Below are positions 20,201 through 30,495 of a stretch of 64,000 bases of DNA, piece after piece. Every line of letters starts with the position of its first letter. The first letter of the stretch is position 1. The position numbers and the translations under genes are program-made. The DNA lies in NCBI GenBank assembly GCA_026707445.1, contig JAPOWV010000023.1, positions 18,641 to 82,640 of the forward strand, read 5' to 3'. The DNA comes from Gammaproteobacteria bacterium (GTDB taxonomy: Bacteria > Pseudomonadota > Gammaproteobacteria > Steroidobacterales > Foliamicaceae). The notes under the pieces were generated by a model. That model did not search any database. It was not told the DNA's origin and saw only the letters and a program-made list of their open reading frames with translations.

Positions 20201-20534
20201 GCAGGACGAAAGAGGCCGCTGGACGCTTGAGCCGCACGACGATGCCGCCAGCGAACTGCCGCTGTCCTTGCAGGAAGACGGCCGGACGCGCAGCCTGATC
20301 CTGGACCGCAGCTTTGTGCACGGGGGAGAACGCTGGATCGTGGACTACAAGACTTCCCGCCACGAGGGCGGCGACCTGGAAGCCTTCCTGGACGAGGAGG
20401 AGCGCCGCTACGCCCCACAGCTCGAGCGCTACCGCCTCGCGATGCAGGCGCGCGAAAGCCGACCCATCCGCACCGCGCTCTACTTCCCCTGGCACAGCGC
20501 CTTCCGCGAGGTCACCCCCGAACCCGGCGCGTAA
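17232..20534 (+). CDS. AddA-like UvrD-family helicase with C-terminal PD-(D/E)XK nuclease
   Basis: Walker A APAGSGKTE, motif II VDEFQDTS, MHKAKGLEFD, C-terminal RWIVDYKTS. Confidence 0.85.
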   Translation: MTAPGDQAVREQALHPERSFIVQAPAGSGKTEILVQRYLRLLGREAEPDAVLAITFTRKAAAEMRERVARSLREAVSDNKDVPPHRQRSLELARRVLEQSRKRGWDLPDNPARLRIITIDSLGSWLAASSPVSSGGGALGNLRADAVPLYETAARMLLQDGIRIGDEDVQTLLRHLDGSGQQFTELVAGMLAKREQWLPLLGAGDNAAALNAALRNLAGREIGRMLQCLGRYRGEFEKAFADYWVADEEPDDPSSPDALAGWSRAADDLLTLKNEWRVRFRKQLGEKLERTLRGSGEFRERLSRLRILESPGYEAARLRLVQSVMRVLRGAFAQLKVLFAQRRETDYTEVSQAALKALGHGDRPSLLAERLDTRLRHVLVDEFQDTSRTQLDLLQQMTREWQDGDGRTVFMVGDPMQSIYGFREADVRGYLRVCEQGLAALRPELLRLTVNFRSKPGLVDWFNTVFPRVFPAQGDTLLGTVAYTPCEPAPGAKPEPEAKPGNADARLHYFRKGDHESEVAIVERIVRNTLADRPDGTIGILVRSRTHGEEVSNALGRTGIAVNRTEFERRKRFSVVQDVAAIARALAQLTDRIAWLAVLRAPWCGLSLKDLHALCHDAPGDTVWDLLRDAGRVDRLSSDGRDRLARVVPVLERALRLRGQLDFRSWVEGTWLALGGPAGNSDENCLRHAAEFLDSLAETSQGSQIDNAVARTLKLTDEFVSNPETGARVQILTMHKAKGLEFDTVILPGLGRDIRGGRAPVLRWWQPPPGENWLPAEDGAATLLAVPPSRRRQDSDPVYEYLDKLEKAREDAERRRLLYVAATRARTRLHLLVGLVRDEESQGPGEFKPSARTMAADLAEALREIFEREAPGELPAKRRSARKRRLVKPEIQRVPDGWAPPEPPAPMIAPSPEETRSPSYVWAGERARVLGLAVHRWLQEISEEGPGAWPRERLETQRSRTRRMLQFHGVPVDELDSLSADVETALLNTLQDERGRWTLEPHDDAASELPLSLQEDGRTRSLILDRSFVHGGERWIVDYKTSRHEGGDLEAFLDEEERRYAPQLERYRLAMQARESRPIRTALYFPWHSAFREVTPEPGA

Positions 20535-20551
20535 ATCAGGACCAACCGGCC

Positions 20552-20911
20552 CTAATAGGTCACGTCTTCTTCTCTGCCATCCGCGTGGTTAAGGGTCCAC
20601 GGACCACGAGGCTTCCCGCTGACCAACGCGCCACGGCCCGCCTGGACTTTATCGGACCAGGTGAACAACAGCTCTCCCTCGCCGTCGGCCACATTCCCGG
20701 CGCATTCCCCCGACCAGGTTGCGGTCATTCCCTCCTGGAGGAAGGCGTTCCAGACATAGCAACCCGGGTGGCTCTCCAGTTCCATCCAGCACTGTGATCG
20801 AGGTGGCTTGCCTGCGCATGTGTCGGCCACGTTGATCTGCTGCGTTGTCCCGCAAGCCGTCAGAAGCAATGCAGGGACAAGCATGCCGAGCAATCGCGTT
20901 CCGCAATTCAT
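20552..20911 (-). CDS. Lipoprotein with a single MORN-like CxxWN...WSGxC...GxG module
   Basis: Lipobox LLLTAC; internal ATG chosen because the upstream ORF part is Arg-rich. Confidence 0.55.
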   Translation of the reverse strand: MNCGTRLLGMLVPALLLTACGTTQQINVADTCAGKPPRSQCWMELESHPGCYVWNAFLQEGMTATWSGECAGNVADGEGELLFTWSDKVQAGRGALVSGKPRGPWTLNHADGREEDVTY

Positions 20912-20955
20912 GATTGCCCTCCCTCGCCGTTCTTGTCGTGCCCTGTCAGCCCCGA

Positions 20956-21282
20956 TCATAGGCCTACGACGCCGGCGCTTGCCTCGATCCTGTCCAGTTC
21001 CGACTTCAATCGCTTTTCCGCGTGCCACAAGTCGTAGTTCTGCTGCAGCCGCAACCAGAGTTCCGGCCCGTTGCCGGCAAATTTGCCTATTCTCAAGGCC
21101 ATTTCCGTCGTAATCGGGTGGGTGCAGGCAAGAACTCGATGGAGTTGCTGGCGCGAAACTCCAAGCTTCCTGGCCGTTTCACTTATTGACAGGCCAACAG
21201 CCGGCAACACGTCGCCGCGCAGTATCTCGCCAGGATGTATCGGCTTTCTTTGCAAAGGCCTCTTTATAGGATACTCGTCCAT
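20956..21282 (-). CDS. higA: HigA-family antitoxin (HTH)
   Basis: PIHPGEILRGDVL ... LSISETARKLGVSRQQLHRVL HTH; 7-nt spacer from toxin gene. Confidence 0.85.
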   Translation of the reverse strand: MDEYPIKRPLQRKPIHPGEILRGDVLPAVGLSISETARKLGVSRQQLHRVLACTHPITTEMALRIGKFAGNGPELWLRLQQNYDLWHAEKRLKSELDRIEASAGVVGL

Positions 21283-21289
21283 AGACACC

Positions 21290-21565
21290 TCAGTGGTATT
21301 GCTCCAAGTCAACCCGAACCGCCTCACCGTCATCCCATTCGAATGTAATGCGCCACGGGCCATTCACATACAGGCTATAGCGCTCCGGCCTGCCGCGTAG
21401 TGGATGTAAACCAAAGCCGGGAAGGTTCAGGTCGCCCAGTACTTCAGCCTGATCCAAAGCCTCAAGCCGCCTCAGGCACCGCGCATGCAGATCGGCCCGC
21501 ACCCGCCGGCTCCGTCCGCGCGCAAACAACTCGGACAATCCCCTGTGCCGAAAGCTTCGAATCAC
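21290..21565 (-). CDS. higB: HigB-type (RelE/ParE superfamily) toxin
   Basis: IRSFRHRGLSELF start and LHPLRGRPERYSLYVNGPWRITF typical of the plasmid-maintenance killer family; GTG start. Confidence 0.8.
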   Translation of the reverse strand: MIRSFRHRGLSELFARGRSRRVRADLHARCLRRLEALDQAEVLGDLNLPGFGLHPLRGRPERYSLYVNGPWRITFEWDDGEAVRVDLEQYH

Positions 21566-21662
21566 CCCAGGAGTGTAACACGATATGCTACGATCAGGCG
21601 TCGGCATGCGCAACGCAGCCTGCGTTTCGTGAGCAGGGAAGCACTCGCCACTTTGCCGGGGG

Positions 21663-22154
21663 TCAGTCACTTCGTTCGAGCACCAGGCTGACCTGGGTGA
21701 CGCCGGGCGCCGAGCCGCGCTCGACGTCGGCGCTGACGGTGCGGATGCCTTCCTGGACCGCGAGGCCGGCAAGCCAGGCGCTGACCTGCGGGAACGGCGC
21801 ATCGAGCAGGCGCAGGCGGACCCGCGTCTCGCCGTCCGCGGCGCCTTCTTCGAGAAAACCGCCCAGACCGGCGTCGCTGACCGAACGGTTGACCAGGAGC
21901 AGCAGCGAGGCGTCCGTTCGGGCGCGCGGCGGCGGCAGCGCTGTCATCCGGCTGCCCACGCGGTCCAGCCGTTCAAGCAACGCGGTCTCCGCCTCGCGCC
22001 TCTGCTTGCTGGTCTCGGCCCAATCCAGAAGCGGGGCGACGGCCGCGAAATACCAGATTGCGGCAAGCGTCAGCGCCGCCAGCGCCGCGAGCAGGGCCTG
22101 CTCGCGGGCCGATCTCCCGCGCCAGAACTCAGCGACCGCGATCATCGCGAACAC
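21663..22154 (-). CDS. gspM: Type II secretion system protein M
   Basis: Size, single N-terminal TM and position after gspL. Confidence 0.7.
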   Translation of the reverse strand: MFAMIAVAEFWRGRSAREQALLAALAALTLAAIWYFAAVAPLLDWAETSKQRREAETALLERLDRVGSRMTALPPPRARTDASLLLLVNRSVSDAGLGGFLEEGAADGETRVRLRLLDAPFPQVSAWLAGLAVQEGIRTVSADVERGSAPGVTQVSLVLERSD

Positions 22155-23352
22155 TCAGTTCACCGGTGACGGATCCGTTGGATTCGGGCACGGCGGTCTG
22201 AATCAGCACGGAATAGCCGACGGAAAGCAGGCTTCGACGAACCTGGTCCAGCGTTTCCATGTTCGCAGCCGTCAAACGCACCTGCGCAGATCCGCTCCCG
22301 TAGTTGATACCCAGAACGCGCGTGCCGCTGCCGCCGGCGCGTTCCAGGGACTGCAACAGCCGCAGAAATCCGTCGCCGTCGGCCGCGGCGGAAAGATCGG
22401 CCGAAGTTACGCGACGCCTGAACTCGCCCCTGAGGTCGGCCGATGCTCCTGCATCCGGCATCATCTGCCGAAGCCGCGTCTCCACGTTCCCGGCAAGCGC
22501 CTGGTATTCACTCTGCGCGCGCCAACCGTCCATGGCCACGTAGCCCGGCAAGACAAGGGCCACGGCAAGCAGGCCGATGGCGACGTCCCTGAGACGGCGG
22601 GCCCGATCGTCGCGGCGGCGGAACTCGCCCTGCAACAGATTCACGGCCCCTCCGGACATCGACTCCGCGGCCAGTTGCGTCATAACGCCCTGTTCCAGCA
22701 GTCGGAGTTCCGCGTCCCGTCCGTTCAGGCCCGCCATCGCTTGCTGCGCCTCGCCCTCCAAAGCAGGCTCGCAATAGATCACCAGCCGGAACGGAGCAGC
22801 CTCATCGCCGGCGTGCTCCGCGCATGCGATGTCGACCAGTCCCGCCAACTCGCCGTGCCGGGCCGATACCACTTGCCCGCCGCCGTCGCGGAACATGACC
22901 GCATTCTCCTCCAGCAGTGCGGCTGCGGCGTTGGGAAGATGGGGCAATGCGTCGCCTTCTCCATAAACCGCGTCCGGCAGCAGTCCCGCTTCCCTTGAGC
23001 GTTCCAGAAGACCTTCAAGCCATTGCCGCTCCACGGCCGCCACTTCCAGTTGATCGCCGACGGCGGGGCCGACCGCAAAATGCAGGTCCTCCACGTCGCC
23101 CGCGATCCGGTCCTCCAGCGCGTATCTCGCGCCCCTGACGGCCGATCGGCGCCCGCGCACGGGCAAGTCCAGGCGGGCGCGAAATACTTCCCGCGCCGGG
23201 ATCAGCAAGACGACCTTGCGCCCCTCGGCCGTTTCGGCGGCCTGCTCCAGTTCCCCGTGACCGCCCTGAGACACAGGTGCGCCATGGGCGTCCACCGCCT
23301 GCCAGGAGGCGCCGCCATCCGGGTCGCCGATCCGAATTACCAGGTATTCCAT
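22129..23352 (-). CDS. gspL: Type II secretion system protein L
   Basis: 407 aa with central TM; position between gspK and gspM. Confidence 0.72.
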   Translation of the reverse strand: MEYLVIRIGDPDGGASWQAVDAHGAPVSQGGHGELEQAAETAEGRKVVLLIPAREVFRARLDLPVRGRRSAVRGARYALEDRIAGDVEDLHFAVGPAVGDQLEVAAVERQWLEGLLERSREAGLLPDAVYGEGDALPHLPNAAAALLEENAVMFRDGGGQVVSARHGELAGLVDIACAEHAGDEAAPFRLVIYCEPALEGEAQQAMAGLNGRDAELRLLEQGVMTQLAAESMSGGAVNLLQGEFRRRDDRARRLRDVAIGLLAVALVLPGYVAMDGWRAQSEYQALAGNVETRLRQMMPDAGASADLRGEFRRRVTSADLSAAADGDGFLRLLQSLERAGGSGTRVLGINYGSGSAQVRLTAANMETLDQVRRSLLSVGYSVLIQTAVPESNGSVTGELSVRDDRGR

Positions 23353-23374
23353 ACGCTGAAGGACCCTTGCGGTC

Positions 23375-24325
23375 TCAGCCCTGCACCGGCGCCAACCAGG
23401 CTTCGGGCGGCAATCCCTGGCGGCGCGCGCGGATCCGGCTGCGGCCGCGGTCCAGCAGGCTGGTCAGGTAGAACCGTGTGCCGTCGGCGTTCACGGCCAG
23501 GTGCAGCGCGAACCAATTGCTGGACAGCGAGACCCGTCCGGCCATTGGGGAGGGCAGGGCGGCCTGCACTTCGCCCAGGTCCGTCAAGCCGCCGGCGAGT
23601 TGCCGCTCACGCCACCCTTGCACCAGGGCGCGATCCGGGTATTCCGCAAGCGACAGCAGCACCTCCTCGGACGCCGTGTTCACGTTGACCGGAACCGGCG
23701 GCCCGGTTACGGGCAACGCCGTGACATGCGGCGAGAGCAGGCGCCAGGATTCGGCGTCGACACCCTCGACCGCCAGCAGTTCCGATATGTCTTCCATTGG
23801 ACGATTGGGAGCCTGGTAGGGCGGAAAAAGCCGCGTATAGGCCTCATCTTCGGCGCCGCCCATGGGCTGCGGCAGGTTGTCGGCGTCCATCCAGTCCAGC
23901 ACCTTCAGGGCAAGCGTCTCGTCCAGTCCCAGCACGCCGAGCAGGCGTCGAAACTGATCGACCGCGATCATGTCCGGCGTTCCCTGCTGGGTGACCAGGT
24001 TGTTCAGGTTGAACCGCCCCTGCATGTCCTCTATTGTCCCCCTAATCCGCATCGGCCCTGCGCTCATCTCGCGGATGCCGCGAAACCAGGGCTCGCCGTA
24101 ATGGTCCGTTTCGCTGTCGAGCGCGTCACGAGCCATGATCTCGGCCGCCAGCTCCTCGATTCCCAGGGCCACCAGGCGCGCCTGCGTGGTGCCGACAAGC
24201 GCCCGGGACGCTTGCGTTTCAAGCTGCAGGGCGAACATCCGGGCAGCGCCGAGAACGCCGGCAAGGCTGACGATGAGCAGCGCCGAAATCAGCGCCAGCC
24301 CCTTCTGGGAACGGTCGGTGCTCAA
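23375..24325 (-). CDS. gspK: Type II secretion system minor pseudopilin K
   Basis: N-terminal QKGLALISALLIVSL, about 316 aa, GspK-like SAM/HhH region. Confidence 0.8.
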   Translation of the reverse strand: MSTDRSQKGLALISALLIVSLAGVLGAARMFALQLETQASRALVGTTQARLVALGIEELAAEIMARDALDSETDHYGEPWFRGIREMSAGPMRIRGTIEDMQGRFNLNNLVTQQGTPDMIAVDQFRRLLGVLGLDETLALKVLDWMDADNLPQPMGGAEDEAYTRLFPPYQAPNRPMEDISELLAVEGVDAESWRLLSPHVTALPVTGPPVPVNVNTASEEVLLSLAEYPDRALVQGWRERQLAGGLTDLGEVQAALPSPMAGRVSLSSNWFALHLAVNADGTRFYLTSLLDRGRSRIRARRQGLPPEAWLAPVQG

Positions 24326-24936
24326 CGGCCCACCTCAATCAGGCGCGCAATGGTTCCGACACCCCGTACCACAACCGTAATCCGTACTCCGGCCGGCAGC
24401 GTCGCATCGGAGAAATCGCCGGGCGGCGGCCAGAACGCCATCCAGGCGGCCTGCGCCGCTCCTGGCTCGGACAGGAATTCCACGCGGAATTCATCGACTT
24501 CCTCCAGCAGCACCTCGCCCCCGACCTCGGTGGCCCCGATCGGGTCCAGCACCGGCCAGTACTCGCGCAGCAGGCGGCCGTCGATCAGTCGGTAACGCAC
24601 TCGTTGCAGCTCGGCGCGCGGCAGCAGCCCCGGGTTCAGCCACCCGCCGCGAGTGAAGTTCACTTCGCCCGCGCCGAGTGCCTGTAATGCCGGTTCATGG
24701 TCCTGGCCCAGGATGGCGCGCACCGGACGCGCCCGCAACTGGGCGAAATCGTTTTCCATCAGCCGAACGGCGCGCTGCACGCCGTGCCAGCGCCGTTGCT
24801 GCCCGTCCAGCCGTTCCGATTGCGCAACCGCTTCGCCGAGCCCGCCGAAGGCCAGAGTCGCCATCACCGCGAAGATGGCCAGGGCCACGAGCAACTCGAT
24901 CAACGTAAACCCGCGCAGGTCGGCGTGACTGCTCAT
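24322..24936 (-). CDS. gspJ: Type II secretion system minor pseudopilin J
   Basis: Prepilin motif RGFTLIELLVALAIFAV; internal ATG chosen, upstream ORF part is Gly/Arg junk overlapping gspI. Confidence 0.8.
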   Translation of the reverse strand: MSSHADLRGFTLIELLVALAIFAVMATLAFGGLGEAVAQSERLDGQQRRWHGVQRAVRLMENDFAQLRARPVRAILGQDHEPALQALGAGEVNFTRGGWLNPGLLPRAELQRVRYRLIDGRLLREYWPVLDPIGATEVGGEVLLEEVDEFRVEFLSEPGAAQAAWMAFWPPPGDFSDATLPAGVRITVVVRGVGTIARLIEVGR

Positions 24937-25316
24937 TCCTCGTATTCCGCTTCTTCCGCTTCGACCCGTACCCGCACCACGCCCCGGGCCGACGCCAGGA
25001 CCGGGGCATCGCGTTCCGGGCCAACCCGCACCTCCACGTCGCGCAGGGTTTCGGCGGCAGATTGCCGGACCCGATACTCGACCCACCAGGTCCGCCCGGA
25101 AATTTCTTCCTCACGGCGCGCCTGTCCGCGCGGTAGCTCCCCGGCCAGGCGCAATGCCGTCAGCGCGTCGGCGGCCGCCCACTGGGCCAGCGTGCGGACA
25201 CGCAATTGTTCGGCGGTCCGGGCCGCTTGACCGGTTGCGGCGAATGCAGCGCTCAGTCCCAGGGCGACGATCGCCAGCGCCACCAGCACTTCGAGCAGCG
25301 TGAATCCTCGCTTCAC
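24933..25316 (-). CDS. gspI: Type II secretion system minor pseudopilin I
   Basis: MKRGFTLLEVLVALAIV prepilin N-terminus, 127 aa. Confidence 0.8.
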   Translation of the reverse strand: MKRGFTLLEVLVALAIVALGLSAAFAATGQAARTAEQLRVRTLAQWAAADALTALRLAGELPRGQARREEEISGRTWWVEYRVRQSAAETLRDVEVRVGPERDAPVLASARGVVRVRVEAEEAEYEE

Positions 25317-25849
25317 AGACCTTCAAGCTCAAACCGGCCGGAAGAATCGAAGCGCATGGTGGCGCCCGCCTCACGCGTGCCGACCAGCCGCAACGTGAAC
25401 GGCGTGAACTCGCCTTCCGGCAGCAGCAGGATCTGGGGCGCGGAAGCGGCGGGCCCGAACTCGGGCGCCACGGCGCGGCCGTCGATCCGCAATTCGAACC
25501 GCATTGGCTGCGGCCAGGTCCGGGCCGCAAACGCTCCCCTTCGGGGCAATGGTCGCCAGACAAATCCGGGGCCGGACTCCGCTTCCGGCTCCCGGGGAAC
25601 CAGTTCAAGATAAGAATAGCCGTCCGGATGGAACTTGAGTCCCAGCACTATTCCCTGAATGCGGCTCTCTTCCGTGGCCAACTGCAGGGTAGCGGCCAGC
25701 CTGCGCGCCTCCCGCGTTACCGGGCCGCCCGCGGCGCCGGCCGACAGCGCGGCCAGGCCGGTCAGCAGCACGATCAGCGCCAGCACGACCAGGAGTTCGA
25801 TCAGCGTAAAACCACGCTTCGCGCGCGCGGCTTCCCGGCATGACGTCAC
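25313..25849 (-). CDS. gspH: Type II secretion system minor pseudopilin H
   Basis: KRGFTLIELLVVLALIVLL prepilin N-terminus, 178 aa. Confidence 0.8.
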   Translation of the reverse strand: MTSCREAARAKRGFTLIELLVVLALIVLLTGLAALSAGAAGGPVTREARRLAATLQLATEESRIQGIVLGLKFHPDGYSYLELVPREPEAESGPGFVWRPLPRRGAFAARTWPQPMRFELRIDGRAVAPEFGPAASAPQILLLPEGEFTPFTLRLVGTREAGATMRFDSSGRFELEGL

Positions 25850-26307
25850 GGCTGCCGGTCGAGATTCCAGTTGCCGATGTCCCCGTCCTGCCCCTCGCCG
25901 CCCTCCTGTCCGTCACGCCCCAGGGTATAGACATCCACGTCTCCGCGGCGGCCCGGGCTGGCGTAGAGATAGGGGCGACTCCAGGGGTCCAGCGGCAGGC
26001 GGCGCATATAGCCGCCCGACGGCCAGCGAACGTCGGGATCGTTAGGCCGTTCCACCAGCGCCTCCAACCCCTCCGCGGTGGTGGGGTAGCGGAAATTGTC
26101 CAGCCGGAATATGTCCAGCGCCGCCTCTATAGTCTGGATATCGGCCCGGGCCCGGGTGATCCGCGCATCGTCGACGCGGCCCACGTAAACGCCCGTCGCG
26201 ATCGCTGCCAGGATGCCGATGATCGCCAGCACCACCAGCAGTTCCATGAGCGTAAACCCGCGGGAACGCCGCGCGGAATCCTCTCTGCCGGAATGTTCCC
26301 GCTTCAT
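25846..26307 (-). CDS. gspG: Type II secretion system major pseudopilin G
   Basis: RGFTLMELLVVLAIIGILAAIA; DPWSRPYLY segment typical of GspG. Confidence 0.9.
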   Translation of the reverse strand: MKREHSGREDSARRSRGFTLMELLVVLAIIGILAAIATGVYVGRVDDARITRARADIQTIEAALDIFRLDNFRYPTTAEGLEALVERPNDPDVRWPSGGYMRRLPLDPWSRPYLYASPGRRGDVDVYTLGRDGQEGGEGQDGDIGNWNLDRQP

Positions 26308-26361
26308 CCGGCAATCATGCCAGAGCCGAAATAAGGACGCTATCGCCTATAATTTTTCTGC

Positions 26362-27111
26362 GTGTCCGACGATACGAACCTGTTTTCCCTGAGCGGAGAG
26401 ATCGCCCTGGTCACGGGCGCGACGCGCGGCATCGGCGCCGAGATTGCAGGACAGTTCCGGACCGCCGGGGCCGATGTGATCGGGACCGCGACGACGACCG
26501 CAGGCGCAGCGAAAATCGCCGACCGCCTGGGCGGCGGCGATACGGGAAAGGTGCTCGACGTCGCTTCCGACGAGAGCGTTCAGGCGCTTATGAAAGACCT
26601 GGCGGGGCGCCTTCCGACCATCCTGGTGAACAACGCGGGCATCGTCCGCGACAACCTGCTGCTGAGGATGAAGCCGGACGACTGGCAGGACGTAATCAAC
26701 ACCAATCTCAACTCGGCCTACCGCCTGTGCAAGGCGTGTCTGCGCGGCATGCTGAAGGCGCGGCGCGGGCGCATCATCAACCTGTCTTCCGTGGTGGGCG
26801 TGGCCGGTGCGGCAGGGCAGGCCAACTACGCGGCGGCCAAGGCCGGACTGCTGGGATTCACACGCGCGCTGTCGCTGGAAGTGGCCCGGCGCGGCATTAC
26901 CGTGAACGCCATCGCTCCCGGCTACATCGAAACCGATATGACCGCGGAAGTAAGCTCCGAGCGAAAGGACGCGATCGTCACGCAGATTCCTGCCGGACGC
27001 GCCGGTTCACCGCTCGACGTGGCCGGGGCCGCCGTATTCCTGGCCTCGCCCGCGGCGTCCTACGTCACCGGAACCGTGCTGCATGTGAACGGCGGAATGT
27101 GGATGGGCTGA
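26362..27111 (+). CDS. fabG: 3-oxoacyl-ACP reductase
   Basis: ALVTGATRGIG, NYAAAKAG catalytic YxxxK, synteny with acpP-fabF; GTG start. Confidence 0.9.
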   Translation: MSDDTNLFSLSGEIALVTGATRGIGAEIAGQFRTAGADVIGTATTTAGAAKIADRLGGGDTGKVLDVASDESVQALMKDLAGRLPTILVNNAGIVRDNLLLRMKPDDWQDVINTNLNSAYRLCKACLRGMLKARRGRIINLSSVVGVAGAAGQANYAAAKAGLLGFTRALSLEVARRGITVNAIAPGYIETDMTAEVSSERKDAIVTQIPAGRAGSPLDVAGAAVFLASPAASYVTGTVLHVNGGMWMG

Positions 27112-27230
27112 TCCCCGCCGCGGGCTGATCGGTACTTCACTCGGAAACGCCCGTCCGGGCGGGTATTCCGTTAGAATACGCGCTTCGGCATTACTGTCGG
27201 GTTCGCCCGGCTCCCAGGGGAATTGGATCT

Positions 27231-27470
27231 ATGAGCAATGTTGAACAACAGATCAAAGCGATCATCGCCGAGCAGCTTGGCGTGTCCGAATCCAGTATTA
27301 CGAACGAATCCTCGTTCGTGGACGACCTGGGCGCCGATTCGCTGGACACCGTGGAACTGGTGATGGCGCTTGAGGAAGAGTTCGAAACCGAGATCCCCGA
27401 CGAAAACGCCGAGCAGATTACCACCGTTCAGGAAGCGATCGACTTTATTTCCGCCCGCCTCGAGGAATAG
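27231..27470 (+). CDS. acpP: Acyl carrier protein
   Basis: [20 protein letters not shown] phosphopantetheine site. Confidence 0.95.
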   Translation: MSNVEQQIKAIIAEQLGVSESSITNESSFVDDLGADSLDTVELVMALEEEFETEIPDENAEQITTVQEAIDFISARLEE

Positions 27471-27549
27471 CCGGACCGGCGCGGCCGGACCCTGGTGCTG
27501 ACGGCACCCGCGTGATGCCCGGCACGCCTGGCCGCCAAGCGTAATTCTC

Positions 27550-28793
<1,244 letters not shown>

Positions 28794-28794
<1 letters not shown>

Positions 28795-29834
28795 TGACCC
28801 GCAACGCGAAGGCCGTGGTTGCCGGGCTGGCCGCGGCGGCTCTCCTCGCGCTTGCCGGGCTGTATTCCGCACGGCTGGCGCTCGAGAACCCACTCGCTGC
28901 CGGGTCCGCCGACCGGACCGTGATCGTCGAACCGGGCGACTCGCTGAATGCCGTGGCCGCGCGGCTTGAGGAGCGGATGATCCTGGAGCGGCCCTGGCTG
29001 TTCAAGCTGGCGGCCTACGTGACGGGAACCTCGGCGCGCATACAGGCAGGCGAATACCGGGTCGGGGCGGGGGACACCCATCGCCTGCTTATCGATCGCA
29101 TGGTTCGCGGCGAAGTCGTTCAGCACTACTTCACGATCATCGAAGGCTGGAGCGTTCGCGAACTTCTCCGGGCCCTGCCCGCCGCGAAACCGCTCGTTTC
29201 CACCCTGCAGTCGCACGACGCCGAGAGCCTGGCCGGAGAACTGGCGCTTGGTTACGGAAATGCCGAGGGATGGTTCTTCCCGGATACCTATGCCTATACG
29301 CGCGGCGAAACCGACGCGGACCTGCTCCTGCGGGCCCACGCGCTGATGCGGGACCAATTGCAGGCGGCATGGGCCGAGCGCGTCGCCGGACTGCCCCTGG
29401 ACGATCCGTACGAGGCCCTGATCCTGGCTTCCATCATCGAGCGCGAGACCGGGATCGACGCCGAGCGTCCCGTCATCGCCGGCGTGCTGACCCTGCGGCT
29501 TGAGCGGCGCATGCGCCTTCAGGTGGACCCCACGGTGATCTACGGACTCGGCGAGTCGTACGCCGGCGACATCACCCGCGCCCACTTGCGCGAAGACACG
29601 CCGTACAACACCTATACGCGCTACGGACTGCCGCCCACGCCCATCTCGCTGCCCGGCGAGCCGTCCCTCCAGGCGGCCGCGCGGCCGCAGCCGAGCGATT
29701 TTCTGTACTACGTGGCTTCCGCGGACCTCGACGGCAGCCACGTATTCAACGAGACGCTGGACGGACACAACGCCGCGGTCGCGATGCTCGTTCGCAGCCA
29801 GCGCGCGCGCAACGGCGGCAACAGTTCGCCCTAG
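28794..29834 (+). CDS. mltG: Endolytic murein transglycosylase (YceG family)
   Basis: N-terminal TM, LASIIERET catalytic Glu region, YNTYxxxGLPP. Confidence 0.85.
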
Positions 29835-29871
29835 CATCGGACGCGGCTTCGCAGGCTATCCTTTACCTGAT

Positions 29872-30495
29872 ATGAGCCGCGGACGATTCGTAGTTCTGGA
29901 GGGCATAGAAGGCGCGGGCAAGTCCACTCATGCCGCCTTCCTGGCCGGCTGGCTCAGGCAGCAGGGCATCGGCGTGGTTGCGGCCCGGGAGCCGGGCGGG
30001 ACCGCGCTGGGAGAACGGCTCAGAGAGATACTGCTGGATCCCGAAGTGACCGGCATGCCGCCGCTGGCCGAGCTGTTGCTGATGTTCGCGGCGCGCAGCG
30101 CGTCCCTGGAGGAAGTCATTCTTCCTGCGCTCGACGAGGGCTTGTGGGTGATCTGCGACCGCTTCGTGGATTCGAGTTACGCCTATCAGTCGCACGGGCG
30201 CGGAGTTCCCCGCAAGTACGTGGAGGCGCTTGAAGAGCAGGTCCTGGGCGGCCTGCGCCCCGACCTCACCATTCTTCTCGATACTCCGGTCCGTGTGGGA
30301 CTTTCGCGCAAGGCCGACCCGCAAGGGGGCGACCGGTTCGAACGCGAGAGCCGGGAGTTCTTCGAGCGGGTGCGCGCCGGATATCTTGAGCGGGCCGCGC
30401 TGGGAGGCGATGGCTACCGTCTTGTCGATGCGTCGAAATCGCTGGAAGAAGTGCAAACGGACCTGAAGGACGCGGTTCGTCCTCTGGTGCCGTGA
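29872..30495 (+). CDS. tmk: Thymidylate kinase
   Basis: FVVLEGIEGAGKST P-loop, DRFVDSSYAYQ. Confidence 0.9.
   Translation: MSRGRFVVLEGIEGAGKSTHAAFLAGWLRQQGIGVVAAREPGGTALGERLREILLDPEVTGMPPLAELLLMFAARSASLEEVILPALDEGLWVICDRFVDSSYAYQSHGRGVPRKYVEALEEQVLGGLRPDLTILLDTPVRVGLSRKADPQGGDRFERESREFFERVRAGYLERAALGGDGYRLVDASKSLEEVQTDLKDAVRPLVP

Noticed and set aside
26348-26353. TATAAT hexamer upstream of fabG, considered as a promoter -10 box.
   Set aside because: It lies only 8 nt before the GTG start, so it would require a leaderless transcript or a different start codon. It cannot be supported from sequence alone.
27471-27505. GC-rich sequence after acpP, considered as a rho-independent terminator.
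   Set aside because: It is a direct repeat (GCCGGACC twice) rather than an inverted repeat. Only a 4-bp stem can form and there is no T-run.
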